From an uncultured Gemmatimonadales bacterium (GTDB lineage Bacteria > Gemmatimonadota > Gemmatimonadetes > Gemmatimonadales > Gemmatimonadaceae), in contig CAWKMU010000003.1 in the NCBI GenBank assembly GCA_963850905.1, forward strand, positions 800,001 to 864,000: a stretch of DNA of 64,000 nt, given 5' to 3'. Both the position numbers and the translations under genes were made by a program. Shown piece after piece: positions 19,319-29,378 of the stretch. The notes under the pieces were generated by a model. That model made no database searches. It was not told the origin of the DNA and saw nothing but the letters and a program-made list of their open reading frames with translations. The first letter of the stretch is position 1; every line of letters starts with the position of its first letter.

Positions 19319-19750
19319 TTACTGCGGATTTCCTCCACCACCGCCCTGCCCGCCCCCACCCTGCATCCGCGCCTGCATTGCGACGACGTTCTTGTCGAAG
19401 GCGCCCTGCTGGTCCGGTGTGAGAACGCCACGGAAGTCTGCGGTCTCTTTCTTCATGAGGTCGCGCATCTGCGGGCGGCTGCCCGGGCCTTGGGACCGCA
19501 GTTGCTGCATTTGTGGCTGATATGACGTTCGAATCGAGTCGACCGTTTTCTGCTGCGCGTCGCTCAGCGTGATCCCTTCGAACATCGCCGCCATCATGCG
19601 CCCGCGCCCCCCTCCGCCGCCTCCCATTCCCTGACCGGCTGGCGCTTGCGCCTGCGCGATGACGGGTAGTGCGGCCGCGACGGCAAGCGCAACGAGTGCT
19701 GACGTAACTACGGCCAGCAACGGGTCGGTCCGTCGGTGATTGAACAACAT
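19319..19750 (-). CDS. Spy/CpxP family periplasmic chaperone-like protein
   Basis: Signal peptide ending AQA; MFEGITLSDAQ and LTPDQ motifs; Gly-rich ends. Confidence 0.78.
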   Translation of the reverse strand: MLFNHRRTDPLLAVVTSALVALAVAAALPVIAQAQAPAGQGMGGGGGGRGRMMAAMFEGITLSDAQQKTVDSIRTSYQPQMQQLRSQGPGSRPQMRDLMKKETADFRGVLTPDQQGAFDKNVVAMQARMQGGGGQGGGGGNPQ

Positions 19751-20068
19751 CGGAAGCTCTCCAGGTCTGGTGGTCGATGCGGACAGGCACGGACCGTCGT
19801 GCCGACGTGCCCGACTTCGTGCCGACCCAATGTCTCCTGCTTATCCTTTCGCACGAGACCCCTTCGACGTTGGGGGGTTGTCGCGAATCCCAGCATCCGA
19901 CGCTCGAGCTCGGCAGCAGATCCCCTTCCCGAAAAACCGGACCTTGTCCGCTGCGTTGTTCGTTGTGGCGGGGCCCCAGCCCCGACCACCGGTCCCTCCA
20001 GGCCCGCCGGGTTGCAAGCCTTGGCACTCCGTGGTTAGTTGGGAAGCGGATATCGCGGAGGGTTGGGC

Positions 20069-20527
<459 letters not shown>

Positions 20528-20645
20528 CACGTACTGGAGCGCCACGAGGCTCGGATCGAGCGCATCACACGCGCGCCGGTCCCGTCGTCTCGCTCACCCG
20601 CCGCTCACCCCACCCCCCGCACCGCTCGCCCAGGAGCCGGTCCCC

Positions 20646-21023
20646 ATGGCACGTACGCTCCGCATCACGCTGCTGGCTCTCCGGCTGACCGGCCTCCTGT
20701 TGATCATCCTTGGCGCGCTCATCTGGACCGGCCGCGGCGATCTCGCGCAACCGCACGCAGCGCTGGGAGTGCTCTTCGTCCTGTCGCTCTGGTGCCTCGC
20801 GGCGCTCGGGTTCCGCGCGCGAGTTGGGGCGGGTCTCGCGTACCGCGCGGTTGTGTGGGGGTTCATCGTCCTCCTCTTCGGCATGCTGCAGACAGGCATG
20901 TGGCCCGGCCCACGGCACGTCTACATCCGCGTCCTGCACCTCATCATCGGCCTCGTCGCGATCGGGATCGGGGAGATGCTCGCGGCGCGGATCAAGCGCG
21001 CCCACGCGGGAACGCACGGATGA
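20646..21023 (+). CDS. Hypothetical 4-TM membrane protein
   Basis: Four hydrophobic helices with intramembrane His residues (PHAALG, VLHLIIG). Confidence 0.7.
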   Translation: MARTLRITLLALRLTGLLLIILGALIWTGRGDLAQPHAALGVLFVLSLWCLAALGFRARVGAGLAYRAVVWGFIVLLFGMLQTGMWPGPRHVYIRVLHLIIGLVAIGIGEMLAARIKRAHAGTHG

Positions 21024-21027
21024 CACC

Positions 21028-21242
21028 GAAGGGTCACGGATTTGGGTCAGGGAACAAATCGTAAAGCCGACCGCGCGCACCGTGGCTGGCCTTGGGCCGG
21101 TAGGGGCGACGCTGTGCGTCGCCCGTTGTTGTCGCGGCGGTTGGCAGTTGCGTGTTGTTTCCTTAAGCCCTGACCTCGCCGTTAAGCCTTACTTTGTGTG
21201 TACTTCCCTGATCCCTAGCCCCTGACAATTGACCCCGCCGTT
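21028..21242 (+). repeat. Composite heptamer-arm/GTAG-REP element with duplicated right end
   Basis: GGGAACAAATCG, core 21100-21124, two CGCCGTT ends (21183 and 21242). Confidence 0.85.
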
Positions 21243-21255
21243 GAGCTTTACAACC

Positions 21256-22023
21256 ATGTCCCCTTCCCAGTCAGACGAACCCGATCGCCGCAACTTCCTC
21301 GGCCAACTCGTAGTCGGTGCCGCTGCACTAGCCACGGCGTCATGCGGCAAGGCGCAACCTGTCGCGCAGGCGCCCGCGCCGGCGCGCCCTCAGAGCGCTG
21401 GCGCCACCACGGCGGCAGTCGCCACGGCCACACACAGCACACCGCCCGCGAAACAGAGTTGGGACCTGTCGTGGACCGAGCGATTGACCGGCGAGCACCG
21501 GCAAGTGTTCGACAGTCCCCAGATCGGTGATGGCACCGTCTTCCATCACGCCCGGATGTTCTACACCAATTTCGGAGAGGTCTACGACCTCAAGGACGCC
21601 GATCTCCGCGCCGTCATCGTGATTCGCCATCACGGGATCCCAATGGCGTTGGGCGATACCATCTGGGCGAAGTACGACTTCATCGGAAAGGACGAGAAGC
21701 TCAAGGACCCGACGACCGGCAAGTGGACCCAGCGCAACCCGTTCATGAATGCGAAGCCGGGCGACAAGTATTCAATGGTGTGGCCCGACGGCACCCTCGA
21801 TGCGCTCATCGGTCGCGGCGCCATTGTCCTCGCCTGCAACATGGCGCTCATGCACTTCTCGAGCACGATCGCCACTCGCACCAACCAACCGGTCGAAGCC
21901 GTGCAGAGCGAATGCAAGGCCGCGCTCGTCCCAGGCGTTACGCTCGTCCCCTCGGGTATCTTCGGCGTGATCCGCGCGGAAGAAGGGGGTTGTCACTACC
22001 TGCGGGCGACATCCATGGGGTGA
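21256..22023 (+). CDS. Tat-exported DsrE/DsrF-like protein
   Basis: DRRNFL Tat motif; VFDSP, VIVIRH, ACNMAL, LVPGVTLVPSG pattern. Confidence 0.65.
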   Translation: MSPSQSDEPDRRNFLGQLVVGAAALATASCGKAQPVAQAPAPARPQSAGATTAAVATATHSTPPAKQSWDLSWTERLTGEHRQVFDSPQIGDGTVFHHARMFYTNFGEVYDLKDADLRAVIVIRHHGIPMALGDTIWAKYDFIGKDEKLKDPTTGKWTQRNPFMNAKPGDKYSMVWPDGTLDALIGRGAIVLACNMALMHFSSTIATRTNQPVEAVQSECKAALVPGVTLVPSGIFGVIRAEEGGCHYLRATSMG

Positions 22024-22029
22024 CGGGCG

Positions 22030-24000
22030 CTATGCGCCCGTCGCGCCCGTGGTTCCCGTCAAAATCCCGTGCCTGACCCGCGCGGCCTTGGGCGACGCGG
22101 CAGGATCGGGTTCGACGCGGATCGTCGTCTCGCGCGCGGTGCGGATCGGCACGTCGAGCGTGAGCGTCTGTGGTGGCGCCGCCGGTGTGGACCTGGCCCC
22201 GCCACGGATCACCGACGCCGAGATCGTGGTGCCGCTGGCGCTCGCGTAGCGACGACGGAATGCCTCGAAGGATGAAGGGTCCTGGATCGCTACGTCCCCG
22301 AGTTGCGTGATGCGGTCGCCCGTCTTGATGCCAGCTGTGTCGGCCGCGCTGTGCGGCGCGACGTACATGACCCGGACACCTCCCTGAGAGTCGGGCGCCG
22401 TCGACACACCCAATCGCACCACCTGCATCGTGTCCTGCGCGGTCCGCAAGCCGGCGAGCGGAAGGATCGTGTCCCACGGGATCGGATCGCGTCCCTCGAT
22501 GAATCGCCGGCGGAGCTCCGCGATGGAGAAATGCATCGGGTGCGGGACGGCCGCGGCCGACACCGCGGACCACCAATCGGTCGCCGTATACCCGCGGTGT
22601 TGCTTGTACGTCGACTGGTAGAGCGACCGCATCACGTCGTCGAGCGAATGGCGGTCGTCACTCGCATCCCGAATCAGGATGTCGAGCATGAACCCAATGT
22701 TCGAGCCTTTAGGGTAATACAGCCCGCCCGACCCATCGGTCGGATCGATCCACGGCCGCAGTGACGCATCGGTCACCGCCGTGCGCGGCGCAGCGGCAAC
22801 CGACGTCATGGCACCGGCCATTGCGCTGAAGAACCCGGTCGAATCCACGATGCCGCTGCGAACGGTTCCCAGCGCCCCGTAGTAATCCGTGACGCCCTCG
22901 GACTCCCACAGCCACTCGGTGGGCTGCGCGTCGTCGTATCGGTACGGCACCATGTCGGCGGGACGGAGCCGCTTCACGTTCCACGCATGGAACATCTCGT
23001 GTGAGTAGAGACCCGGCAGCAGCGGGAGGTCCATCCAGTCGGGGCTGATCTCGTCGAGCTGTGAGTCCTGGTGCTCGAGGCCTCCGCCGTTGGGATGCGG
23101 GTCCGCCACCTGCAGCACCGTGTACGTGCTCCACGGCATGTCATGAAAGACGGCCGCGTGGGCGGGCGCGATCCGCGCGAGCCAGTCGAGCCACCGCGTC
23201 ATCCGCTGCCCCGTAATGAGCCCGGCCGGGTAACTCGCTGCGCGGACCCAATGGTCCTTGGGCCCGCCAGCGACCGCACTTACTGCAATGCTGTCGAGAT
23301 CGAAGTTGCCGACGAAAAACGGCATGTCGACGAGGTCGTGGTAGTTGGACGCCGTGAAGACGTGCACGACGTTGTAGTCGTGATGCATCCCGCCCGTGCG
23401 CCGCGTCGCGCTGGCGGTCATCCCGGTCGCGACCCGCCAAGTACTTGGTATCTCGATGTCCACCTCTGCCGGCCAATTGAACCCCTGACCCACCGGGTAC
23501 ATGAACAGGTTGGTCCCGTTGAAGAACGCGAAATCAGGACGGGTCCACGCAACCGCGCGATCGTTCGTGTCTGCGAGGTAGTCGAACCCGACGGTCACCG
23601 TGGCGCCAGGTTTGAGCCCATCGAGCTGCCAAGTCTGAAAGTCCAGCTGATGCCACTCGACCGGGCGATCGGCCGACGTCGGCGTGAAGCTCGAGAGCCG
23701 ACGCGCAAACCACAGCAGGGTATAGTGGCCCGGCGTCCAGGCAGGGAGCGCCAACACCACGGGTCCCGGCCCAGTCACGCGAAAATGCATCGCCACCTCG
23801 AGCGAGCGGGCAGCGGTCGTCCCGGAATCGACGGTCACCTCGTACGAGACACCGGTGATCGGAGCTGACTGTGCGAGATGCGCCGATCGCGTCATCGGCA
23901 TGCCCTGGCCAAGCGCACGCACGGGGGCGGCGCCGAGCCAGAGCGTTGCGACGAGCGCACCTGCACAGGTCGTGGAGGCAACGGAGAGTAAGCGAAGCAT
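22030..24000 (-). CDS. M61 family metallopeptidase with C-terminal PDZ domain
   Basis: LPAWTPGHY, GGLEH, HEMFHAWNVKRLRP, WESEGVTDYY, YYPKG; PDZ SAADTAGIKTGDRI; signal peptide. Confidence 0.9.
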   Translation of the reverse strand: MLRLLSVASTTCAGALVATLWLGAAPVRALGQGMPMTRSAHLAQSAPITGVSYEVTVDSGTTAARSLEVAMHFRVTGPGPVVLALPAWTPGHYTLLWFARRLSSFTPTSADRPVEWHQLDFQTWQLDGLKPGATVTVGFDYLADTNDRAVAWTRPDFAFFNGTNLFMYPVGQGFNWPAEVDIEIPSTWRVATGMTASATRRTGGMHHDYNVVHVFTASNYHDLVDMPFFVGNFDLDSIAVSAVAGGPKDHWVRAASYPAGLITGQRMTRWLDWLARIAPAHAAVFHDMPWSTYTVLQVADPHPNGGGLEHQDSQLDEISPDWMDLPLLPGLYSHEMFHAWNVKRLRPADMVPYRYDDAQPTEWLWESEGVTDYYGALGTVRSGIVDSTGFFSAMAGAMTSVAAAPRTAVTDASLRPWIDPTDGSGGLYYPKGSNIGFMLDILIRDASDDRHSLDDVMRSLYQSTYKQHRGYTATDWWSAVSAAAVPHPMHFSIAELRRRFIEGRDPIPWDTILPLAGLRTAQDTMQVVRLGVSTAPDSQGGVRVMYVAPHSAADTAGIKTGDRITQLGDVAIQDPSSFEAFRRRYASASGTTISASVIRGGARSTPAAPPQTLTLDVPIRTARETTIRVEPDPAASPKAARVRHGILTGTTGATGA

Positions 24001-24174
24001 CAGAGTCGGAAGGAGAGAGACGAAGGAGATACGTGACACGTGTGCGCCGAGCGAGACGGGTGACACCCGGTGCTTGGACACCGCGCGCCGCTCGAATGGC
24101 TAGTATGCAGGAGAAGCTGTGCCGAACGGAGCCCTCTGTCCACTCTCCGCGACGGGTCATCGCCGCGCACTGCG

Positions 24175-24567
24175 CTAGCGCCCTGGACCCCCCTCCCCGC
24201 GGTCCGAGTAGTACGCGTCGATGCACCAGTGCGTGATGTCACTCTCGAGCGTGAGCAGTGGCCGGCGGCAGGGAATATCCGTGTCGCGAATGAGGGCCTT
24301 CATGAAACCAACGGCTCGCTCGGGCGGAATCCCCCGGTCGCGCAAGTGGCCCACATACGCGTCGACCAGGCGGTGCAGCCGATCGGTCGCGTCGCGTTGC
24401 GCGGCGATCGCCTCGTCCGTGAACGGCTGATGGGTCCCATCGCAAACCGCTTCGACGAGCGCCGCCCGGATCTCCTGCGTGGGCGGCTCAGTCGGCTGCG
24501 TCGAGGGTTCGCGACGAGTTGGCGTGTCCGCCCGGCGATCGCCGGGAGGAACGGATTGATCAGCCAT
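24175..24567 (-). CDS. Hypothetical protein
   Basis: GAGGGG RBS; helical domain LHRLVDAYVGHLRDRGIPPERAVGFMK...WCIDAYY. Confidence 0.65.
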   Translation of the reverse strand: MADQSVPPGDRRADTPTRREPSTQPTEPPTQEIRAALVEAVCDGTHQPFTDEAIAAQRDATDRLHRLVDAYVGHLRDRGIPPERAVGFMKALIRDTDIPCRRPLLTLESDITHWCIDAYYSDRGEGGPGR

Positions 24568-24751
24568 CGCGAGCCCCCTCTGCAATCGCGGGGCCGAAGG
24601 CCGTCATCGGGCGACTAGGCAACGCCGAGCTCGACGATTCGCCGAAGGTAGGGGTGGACCGTTGACCCGTGACGGCGGTACAATCGGTAATGGCTTTGGC
24701 ACGTCCGGATCCGCGACTGCCATATGGCCGCGCGAAAAGCGCAGGCTGCAT

Positions 24752-26467
24752 GTGACGAACCCTTGGCCGTACCACGCGGCTGACAATTGGCGCGAGCGCG
24801 TCGAAGCCGCGCTCAGGGGCACGTTCGTGCTCGAGCGCGAGTTGCGCGCCGGGTCGACGAATCGCGTGTTCGTCGGCTCCGAAACGGCGCTGGGGCGGCG
24901 TGTCGTCATCAAGATGCTGACGCCAGGCGTACCCGGAGGTGAGCAGGAGGCCGAGTTCCGCCGCGAGGCGGTCACCGCCGCGCGCCTCCACCACCCGCAC
25001 ATCGTTCCGATCTTCACGATCGGCACAGTGCTCGGAGTGCCGTATTTCACCATGCCGTTCATTGACGGCGAGTCGCTCCGCTCGCGCCTCGATCGCGCCG
25101 GCGCCCTCCCGATCGACGCGGCCCTGCGCATCGTGCGCGAGATTGGCAGCGCGCTCGCGTTCGCTCACGAGCTCGACGTCGTCCACCGGGACGTCAAACC
25201 GGAAAACATCGTCCTCGAGCGTGGCACCGGACGCGCGCTCCTTGGCGACTTTGGCATCGCCTGCGCACTCGGCGATTCCAGACGCGTGACTCCCGCCGGG
25301 ATGACGGTCGGGACACCGGTCTACATGTCCCCCGAGCAGGTGGACGGCCTCGAGTTGGACGGCAGGTCGGACACATACAGCCTCGGCCTAGTCGCGTGGG
25401 AAATGCTCGTGGGCGTCCGACCGTGGAGCGGCACGTCACTCGACGACGTGATGTATCGCCAGAAGCACGTCGCGCTGCCACCCCTCGAGACATACGCGAG
25501 CGACGTGCCCAGGCGCGTCGTTGATGCGATCGAGCGCGCGCTCTGCAAAAATCGCGAGGAGCGCTGGCCATCGGTGGCCGACTTTCTGGAGGCGATCGAG
25601 CCCGCCGCGCAATCGGCATCGAGCCAAGCTGCCCCGTCGCGCCAGGCTGACGGGTTCCCGAGTGCGGAGTGGACACTCGCCACGCCGTGGGACGAGCGTG
25701 AGGACGTCACTGCCGCGGCGCCTGCCGATCCGGCAGCGGTACCGACGGTCGCCATGGCGGCCCGCCACGAGGCGCAGAGACCGAGCGGCGTCGCTGCGCG
25801 GCAGGAATTGCGCCCCGTCGCATTCCGAGAATCGCGTGCGCGCGACGCTGCGCAGGAACGCCGCCGACAGCGCGTCCGATGGATCACCGCGGCGTGCTGC
25901 GCCGGGATCGTCACCGCAGGCCTGGCCGCGGCGATGTCCGGTCATCACGGGATCGTGCGCTGGTCCTCGACGCGTGGTGACGTCGCAATGGACACGCCTG
26001 CCCAAGCGTCAGCAGACAGCGTGACGATCGACACCGTCGCAATGCCCGTTGCTGCAGCGGCCCTTGCGTCGCTCGAGCCCGTCACGCCCGCGCATTTCGA
26101 CGACTCGCTCGCGCTTCCTGCGCTGGCCACGCCGGCGTGGCACGTGACCGAAGCCCGCGCGCACGCGGCGCCGCGCGCGAGCGAACCAGGCCCGAGCCCA
26201 TACGACCCAGTCCGAGCGCGTGCGGCAACCGCGACGCTCTCGCTGCAGGCCTACCAGGCCGCCGTCGCAGGCGCCGCGCTGCTCCAGGCGCCGGCCGCTG
26301 TCGCACCGCTACAGGTCGGGAACGACACGAATACCCCCGCGACCGGTGTCCGAGTCGCCCCACACCGAGCGGCACCCAGCAACGCCGCAACGGGATCCCC
26401 GATCCAAGACTCTTCGTCCCCCGCCGTCGGCGTCCGCGTGCACACCCCTCCGCTCCGCACGCCATAG
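24752..26467 (+). CDS. Hanks-type Ser/Thr protein kinase with TM segment and low-complexity tail
   Basis: VVIK, HPHIVP, HRDVKPEN, DFG, GTPVYMSPEQ, DGRSDTYSLG intact; start uncertain. Confidence 0.9.
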   Translation: MTNPWPYHAADNWRERVEAALRGTFVLERELRAGSTNRVFVGSETALGRRVVIKMLTPGVPGGEQEAEFRREAVTAARLHHPHIVPIFTIGTVLGVPYFTMPFIDGESLRSRLDRAGALPIDAALRIVREIGSALAFAHELDVVHRDVKPENIVLERGTGRALLGDFGIACALGDSRRVTPAGMTVGTPVYMSPEQVDGLELDGRSDTYSLGLVAWEMLVGVRPWSGTSLDDVMYRQKHVALPPLETYASDVPRRVVDAIERALCKNREERWPSVADFLEAIEPAAQSASSQAAPSRQADGFPSAEWTLATPWDEREDVTAAAPADPAAVPTVAMAARHEAQRPSGVAARQELRPVAFRESRARDAAQERRRQRVRWITAACCAGIVTAGLAAAMSGHHGIVRWSSTRGDVAMDTPAQASADSVTIDTVAMPVAAAALASLEPVTPAHFDDSLALPALATPAWHVTEARAHAAPRASEPGPSPYDPVRARAATATLSLQAYQAAVAGAALLQAPAAVAPLQVGNDTNTPATGVRVAPHRAAPSNAATGSPIQDSSSPAVGVRVHTPPLRTP

Positions 26468-26509
26468 AGCTCGCGCTCCGAGACCCGGACAACCATTTGT
26501 GTACCGGTG

Positions 26510-26613
26510 TCTACTTTCTCCTCACTCCTTTCTACGCGTCCCGGAACGCGCGCGTCGTCTCCTTTCTCCTCACTCCTCTTTCCTCTCTACGCGTCCCGGA
26601 ACGCGCGCGTCGT
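26510..26613 (+). repeat. Tandem duplication of pyrimidine heptamers plus a GC-rich motif
   Basis: Two copies of CTTTCTCCTCACTCCT...TCTACGCGTCCCGGAACGCGCGCGTCGT (26514-26558, 26562-26613). Confidence 0.8.
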
Positions 26614-27112
26614 GACGGTCGGGGTGCGCATTGTGATGCTCGACCACGCAAGACCGCGCACTGTGCGCTTTGTCACCGCTGAGACCGCCCGTGCGGCCGA
26701 CATTGTGGGATGCGCAATCGCATCTCCGTTTCTCCAACGAGTCATGGACGAGGTGAAGCGTCAGCCACCGGGCGCCGCTGGCCTCGACGACTCCACCAAG
26801 CTCGAGACGGACGAGGGCCCGTTCCCCGCATTTGGTGTGACGCCCATCCAACCGTTGCAGCTGTTTGTCGAGATCGAGACCCTGAGAACCCTGGTGGCCG
26901 ACGCACTCGAGGCGCTGCGATGGAGCGAGACGCGGATCTGCACGAGCCCCGAGCGCACCGCCGCCTGGCAACGGGCCGTCGACCAACGACGCCGCTTCCT
27001 CACCTGGCTCACCGCACGAGGCCATGAGAAGGTCTTCCTCGCGATGTACCCGGAATACCTCCTCACGCACGAGCTGGATGAGGCGGACGGATCCGAAGAT
27101 CAACTCACCTGA
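26612..27112 (+). CDS. Hypothetical protein
   Basis: Globular-looking ORF filling the gap before the convergent gene; start chosen after the repeat. Confidence 0.5.
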   Translation: MTVGVRIVMLDHARPRTVRFVTAETARAADIVGCAIASPFLQRVMDEVKRQPPGAAGLDDSTKLETDEGPFPAFGVTPIQPLQLFVEIETLRTLVADALEALRWSETRICTSPERTAAWQRAVDQRRRFLTWLTARGHEKVFLAMYPEYLLTHELDEADGSEDQLT

Positions 27113-28085
27113 CGCCTGCGGCTTCCGCGAGGTAGTCGTTGTAGGAGTGGCGCGCCCACCCGGCGTAGTGCGTGTTCGAGTGGTTCGTTTCATCTAGCAC
27201 GGCCAGCATCGCGGGAAGCCGCTCGCCGTAGTCAGGCGTTCGCAGCGCGATGGCCATGACGCCCAGATCGGCCGCGTCCAACCCCTGATAGGCCATCTCC
27301 AGATATGCACGGCTCGCTTGTCGGAGCTTCTCCGCCTGTGCGTCCGCGGGCGTGCCGTCAGCGGGGCTACTGAGCTCGTACAACATCAGTGTGAACCGTG
27401 GAAGCGCCGACAGCAGCATCCGCCGATCTGCGACACTCCCCTTCAACAGCTTGTTCTGAATGTCGCCGTTGACCGTCAGGTGAGCGGGACCGGCCATCGC
27501 ACGCACGGCGCGATACGCCTCTGCCAGCCCCGGAAGAAACCGTAGATTGCCCGCTCCCTTGTTCTCCGGTCGTTGCTGCGGCTCGATGTCGAGGTGAATG
27601 CCGTCGAACCGCTGTGTGGCATGTTCGCGGTTGAACTGCACGATCGCCTGGACGTGCTCCAGAAGTTTGTCGCGCGGCTTGCCCGGCTCGTCCGCATCGG
27701 TGCTCGACAACAGCGCCTCGACACGCACGCCGGATCGATGCAGTACCTCGATTGCGTGCATGAGCTCGCTCTCCTCCGAGGGGAGGTCGCGACTGCCCAC
27801 CGAGACATAGACCTCGGTCACCGCGTTCGCCTGGCAAAAGTCCCGCAACGTCTCCGCCGCGCGCGGTGCGGCGAAGACAGATGCACTCTTCCAAACCCAG
27901 AGTCCATGGAGCGTGGCACCGGCTCCGGTCGTGCTCGGACGTGCCGCCAGCGTCGACAGGAGGATAATGTGTGTCAGCCATCGGACTCGGCGCCCTGGCG
28001 GCGTCAATCGCAGTTTCGGGGAACGCACGTCCACGATGCTAGGCCGGACGGCTCGGAGCGTCCAATACTTTGGGCGGATCAACAC
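27105..28085 (-). CDS. Secreted glycoside-hydrolase-like TIM-barrel protein
   Basis: Signal-like N-terminus; GLWVW, VYVS, FDGIHLDIEP motif; true start may be downstream. Confidence 0.6.
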   Translation of the reverse strand: MLIRPKYWTLRAVRPSIVDVRSPKLRLTPPGRRVRWLTHIILLSTLAARPSTTGAGATLHGLWVWKSASVFAAPRAAETLRDFCQANAVTEVYVSVGSRDLPSEESELMHAIEVLHRSGVRVEALLSSTDADEPGKPRDKLLEHVQAIVQFNREHATQRFDGIHLDIEPQQRPENKGAGNLRFLPGLAEAYRAVRAMAGPAHLTVNGDIQNKLLKGSVADRRMLLSALPRFTLMLYELSSPADGTPADAQAEKLRQASRAYLEMAYQGLDAADLGVMAIALRTPDYGERLPAMLAVLDETNHSNTHYAGWARHSYNDYLAEAAGVR

Positions 28086-28086
28086 G

Positions 28087-28101
28087 ATAGCGGCGCGCTA
28101 T
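28087..28101. promoter_or_regulatory. LysR-type recognition box
   Basis: Perfect dyad ATAG-N7-CTAT (T-N11-A) between the divergent genes; weaker ATCG-N7-CTAC at 28201-28215. Confidence 0.6.
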
Positions 28102-28229
28102 GACTGCGTGGCATCGCCGCATACCCGCCCCGCTGTCGTCGGCCATTCTTGACCACTAACCCCCAACGCCTGGCTCGTATACCTTGATCGCGAGCATCCG
28201 ATCGGCGCAGTCTACACGAGGATTGTGGC

Positions 28230-29324
28230 TTGGAGCTGCGTCACCTGCGCTACTTCGTCGCCGTTGCCGAGGAACGCCACGTCGGGCGCGCGGCCGGCCG
28301 CCTCAACGTCTCGCAACCGTCGCTGTCCGCTCAGATCCATGATCTCGAGCGCGAGCTGGGCGCACAGTTGTTCGAGCGCACACCGCGCGGCATGCAGTTG
28401 ACGCCGGCCGGCGAGAAGTTTCTGGCCCATGCGAGACGGACGCTTCGCGAAGCGGATCACGCCGTCGGTGCGGTCCGCGAGACGGACCACTCGGGGGATC
28501 GAGCCGAGTTGCGCGAGGCCCTGCAGACGTCGCTCGGCGCCAACTACACGATCGACCAACAGTTGGGGGGACGTAACTCGCGAGTGTTCGCCGCAACGGA
28601 GACCGCGCTGGCCCGGCGCGTCGTCGTCAAGGCGCTCCCGCGTGGACTCGCGGCCGGTGTCAGCGCAGAGCGATTCCGTCAGGAGGTGCAGTTCGCCGCG
28701 CGCCTGACTCATCCGCACATAGTTCCCGCCCTGGCGGCGGGCGGTGATGCCGAGCTGCTCTATTACACGATGCCATTCGTCGAAGGCGAGTCGCTCCGGA
28801 CTCGGTTGGGCCGCGAGCGGCAGCTACCCCTCGACGATGCGCTCACGATCGCGCGGGAAATCGCCGACGCGCTCGCGTACGCCCACGGCCAGTCCGTGGT
28901 GCACCGGGACATCACGCCGGACAACATCCTGCTCGCCGCCGGGCACGCACTCGTAACGAACTTCGGCATCGCGCGGGCCGTGAGCCGCGCGGGAGAGTCG
29001 GGCTTGACCGCGCCCGGCGTGATCCTGGGTACGCCGGCGTACATGTCGCCCGAGCAGGCTGGCGGAGCGCCCGACGTGGATGCCAGGAGCGATATCTACT
29101 CGTTGGCCGCGGTGTTGTTCGAGATGCTGGCGGGCGAGCCGCCCTTCACTGGCGCCACCGCGCAGGCCATCATCGCGAAACAACAGAGCACCGCGCCGCC
29201 ATCGCTCCAGTCGCGACGACCAAGCGTGCCCGAGCACATCGCGCGTGCGGTCGCACGAGGGCTCTCACCGATTCCGGCCGACCGGTTCCAGAGCGCGCGG
29301 GCATTTGCTGCGGCACTCGTGTGA
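28230..29324 (+). CDS. LysR-type HTH fused to a Ser/Thr (pseudo)kinase domain
   Basis: GAGGA RBS, TTG start; ELRHLRYFVAVAEE..RAA..LNVSQPSLS.QI..LE.ELG..LFERT (LysR HTH), then a kinase fold with HRDITPDN and NFG. Confidence 0.88.
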   Translation: MELRHLRYFVAVAEERHVGRAAGRLNVSQPSLSAQIHDLERELGAQLFERTPRGMQLTPAGEKFLAHARRTLREADHAVGAVRETDHSGDRAELREALQTSLGANYTIDQQLGGRNSRVFAATETALARRVVVKALPRGLAAGVSAERFRQEVQFAARLTHPHIVPALAAGGDAELLYYTMPFVEGESLRTRLGRERQLPLDDALTIAREIADALAYAHGQSVVHRDITPDNILLAAGHALVTNFGIARAVSRAGESGLTAPGVILGTPAYMSPEQAGGAPDVDARSDIYSLAAVLFEMLAGEPPFTGATAQAIIAKQQSTAPPSLQSRRPSVPEHIARAVARGLSPIPADRFQSARAFAAALV

Positions 29325-29378
29325 GCCTGGCGGCCGACGTCGAATGACGCCGCCGCGCCGATCGCGAGCGATCACCGA

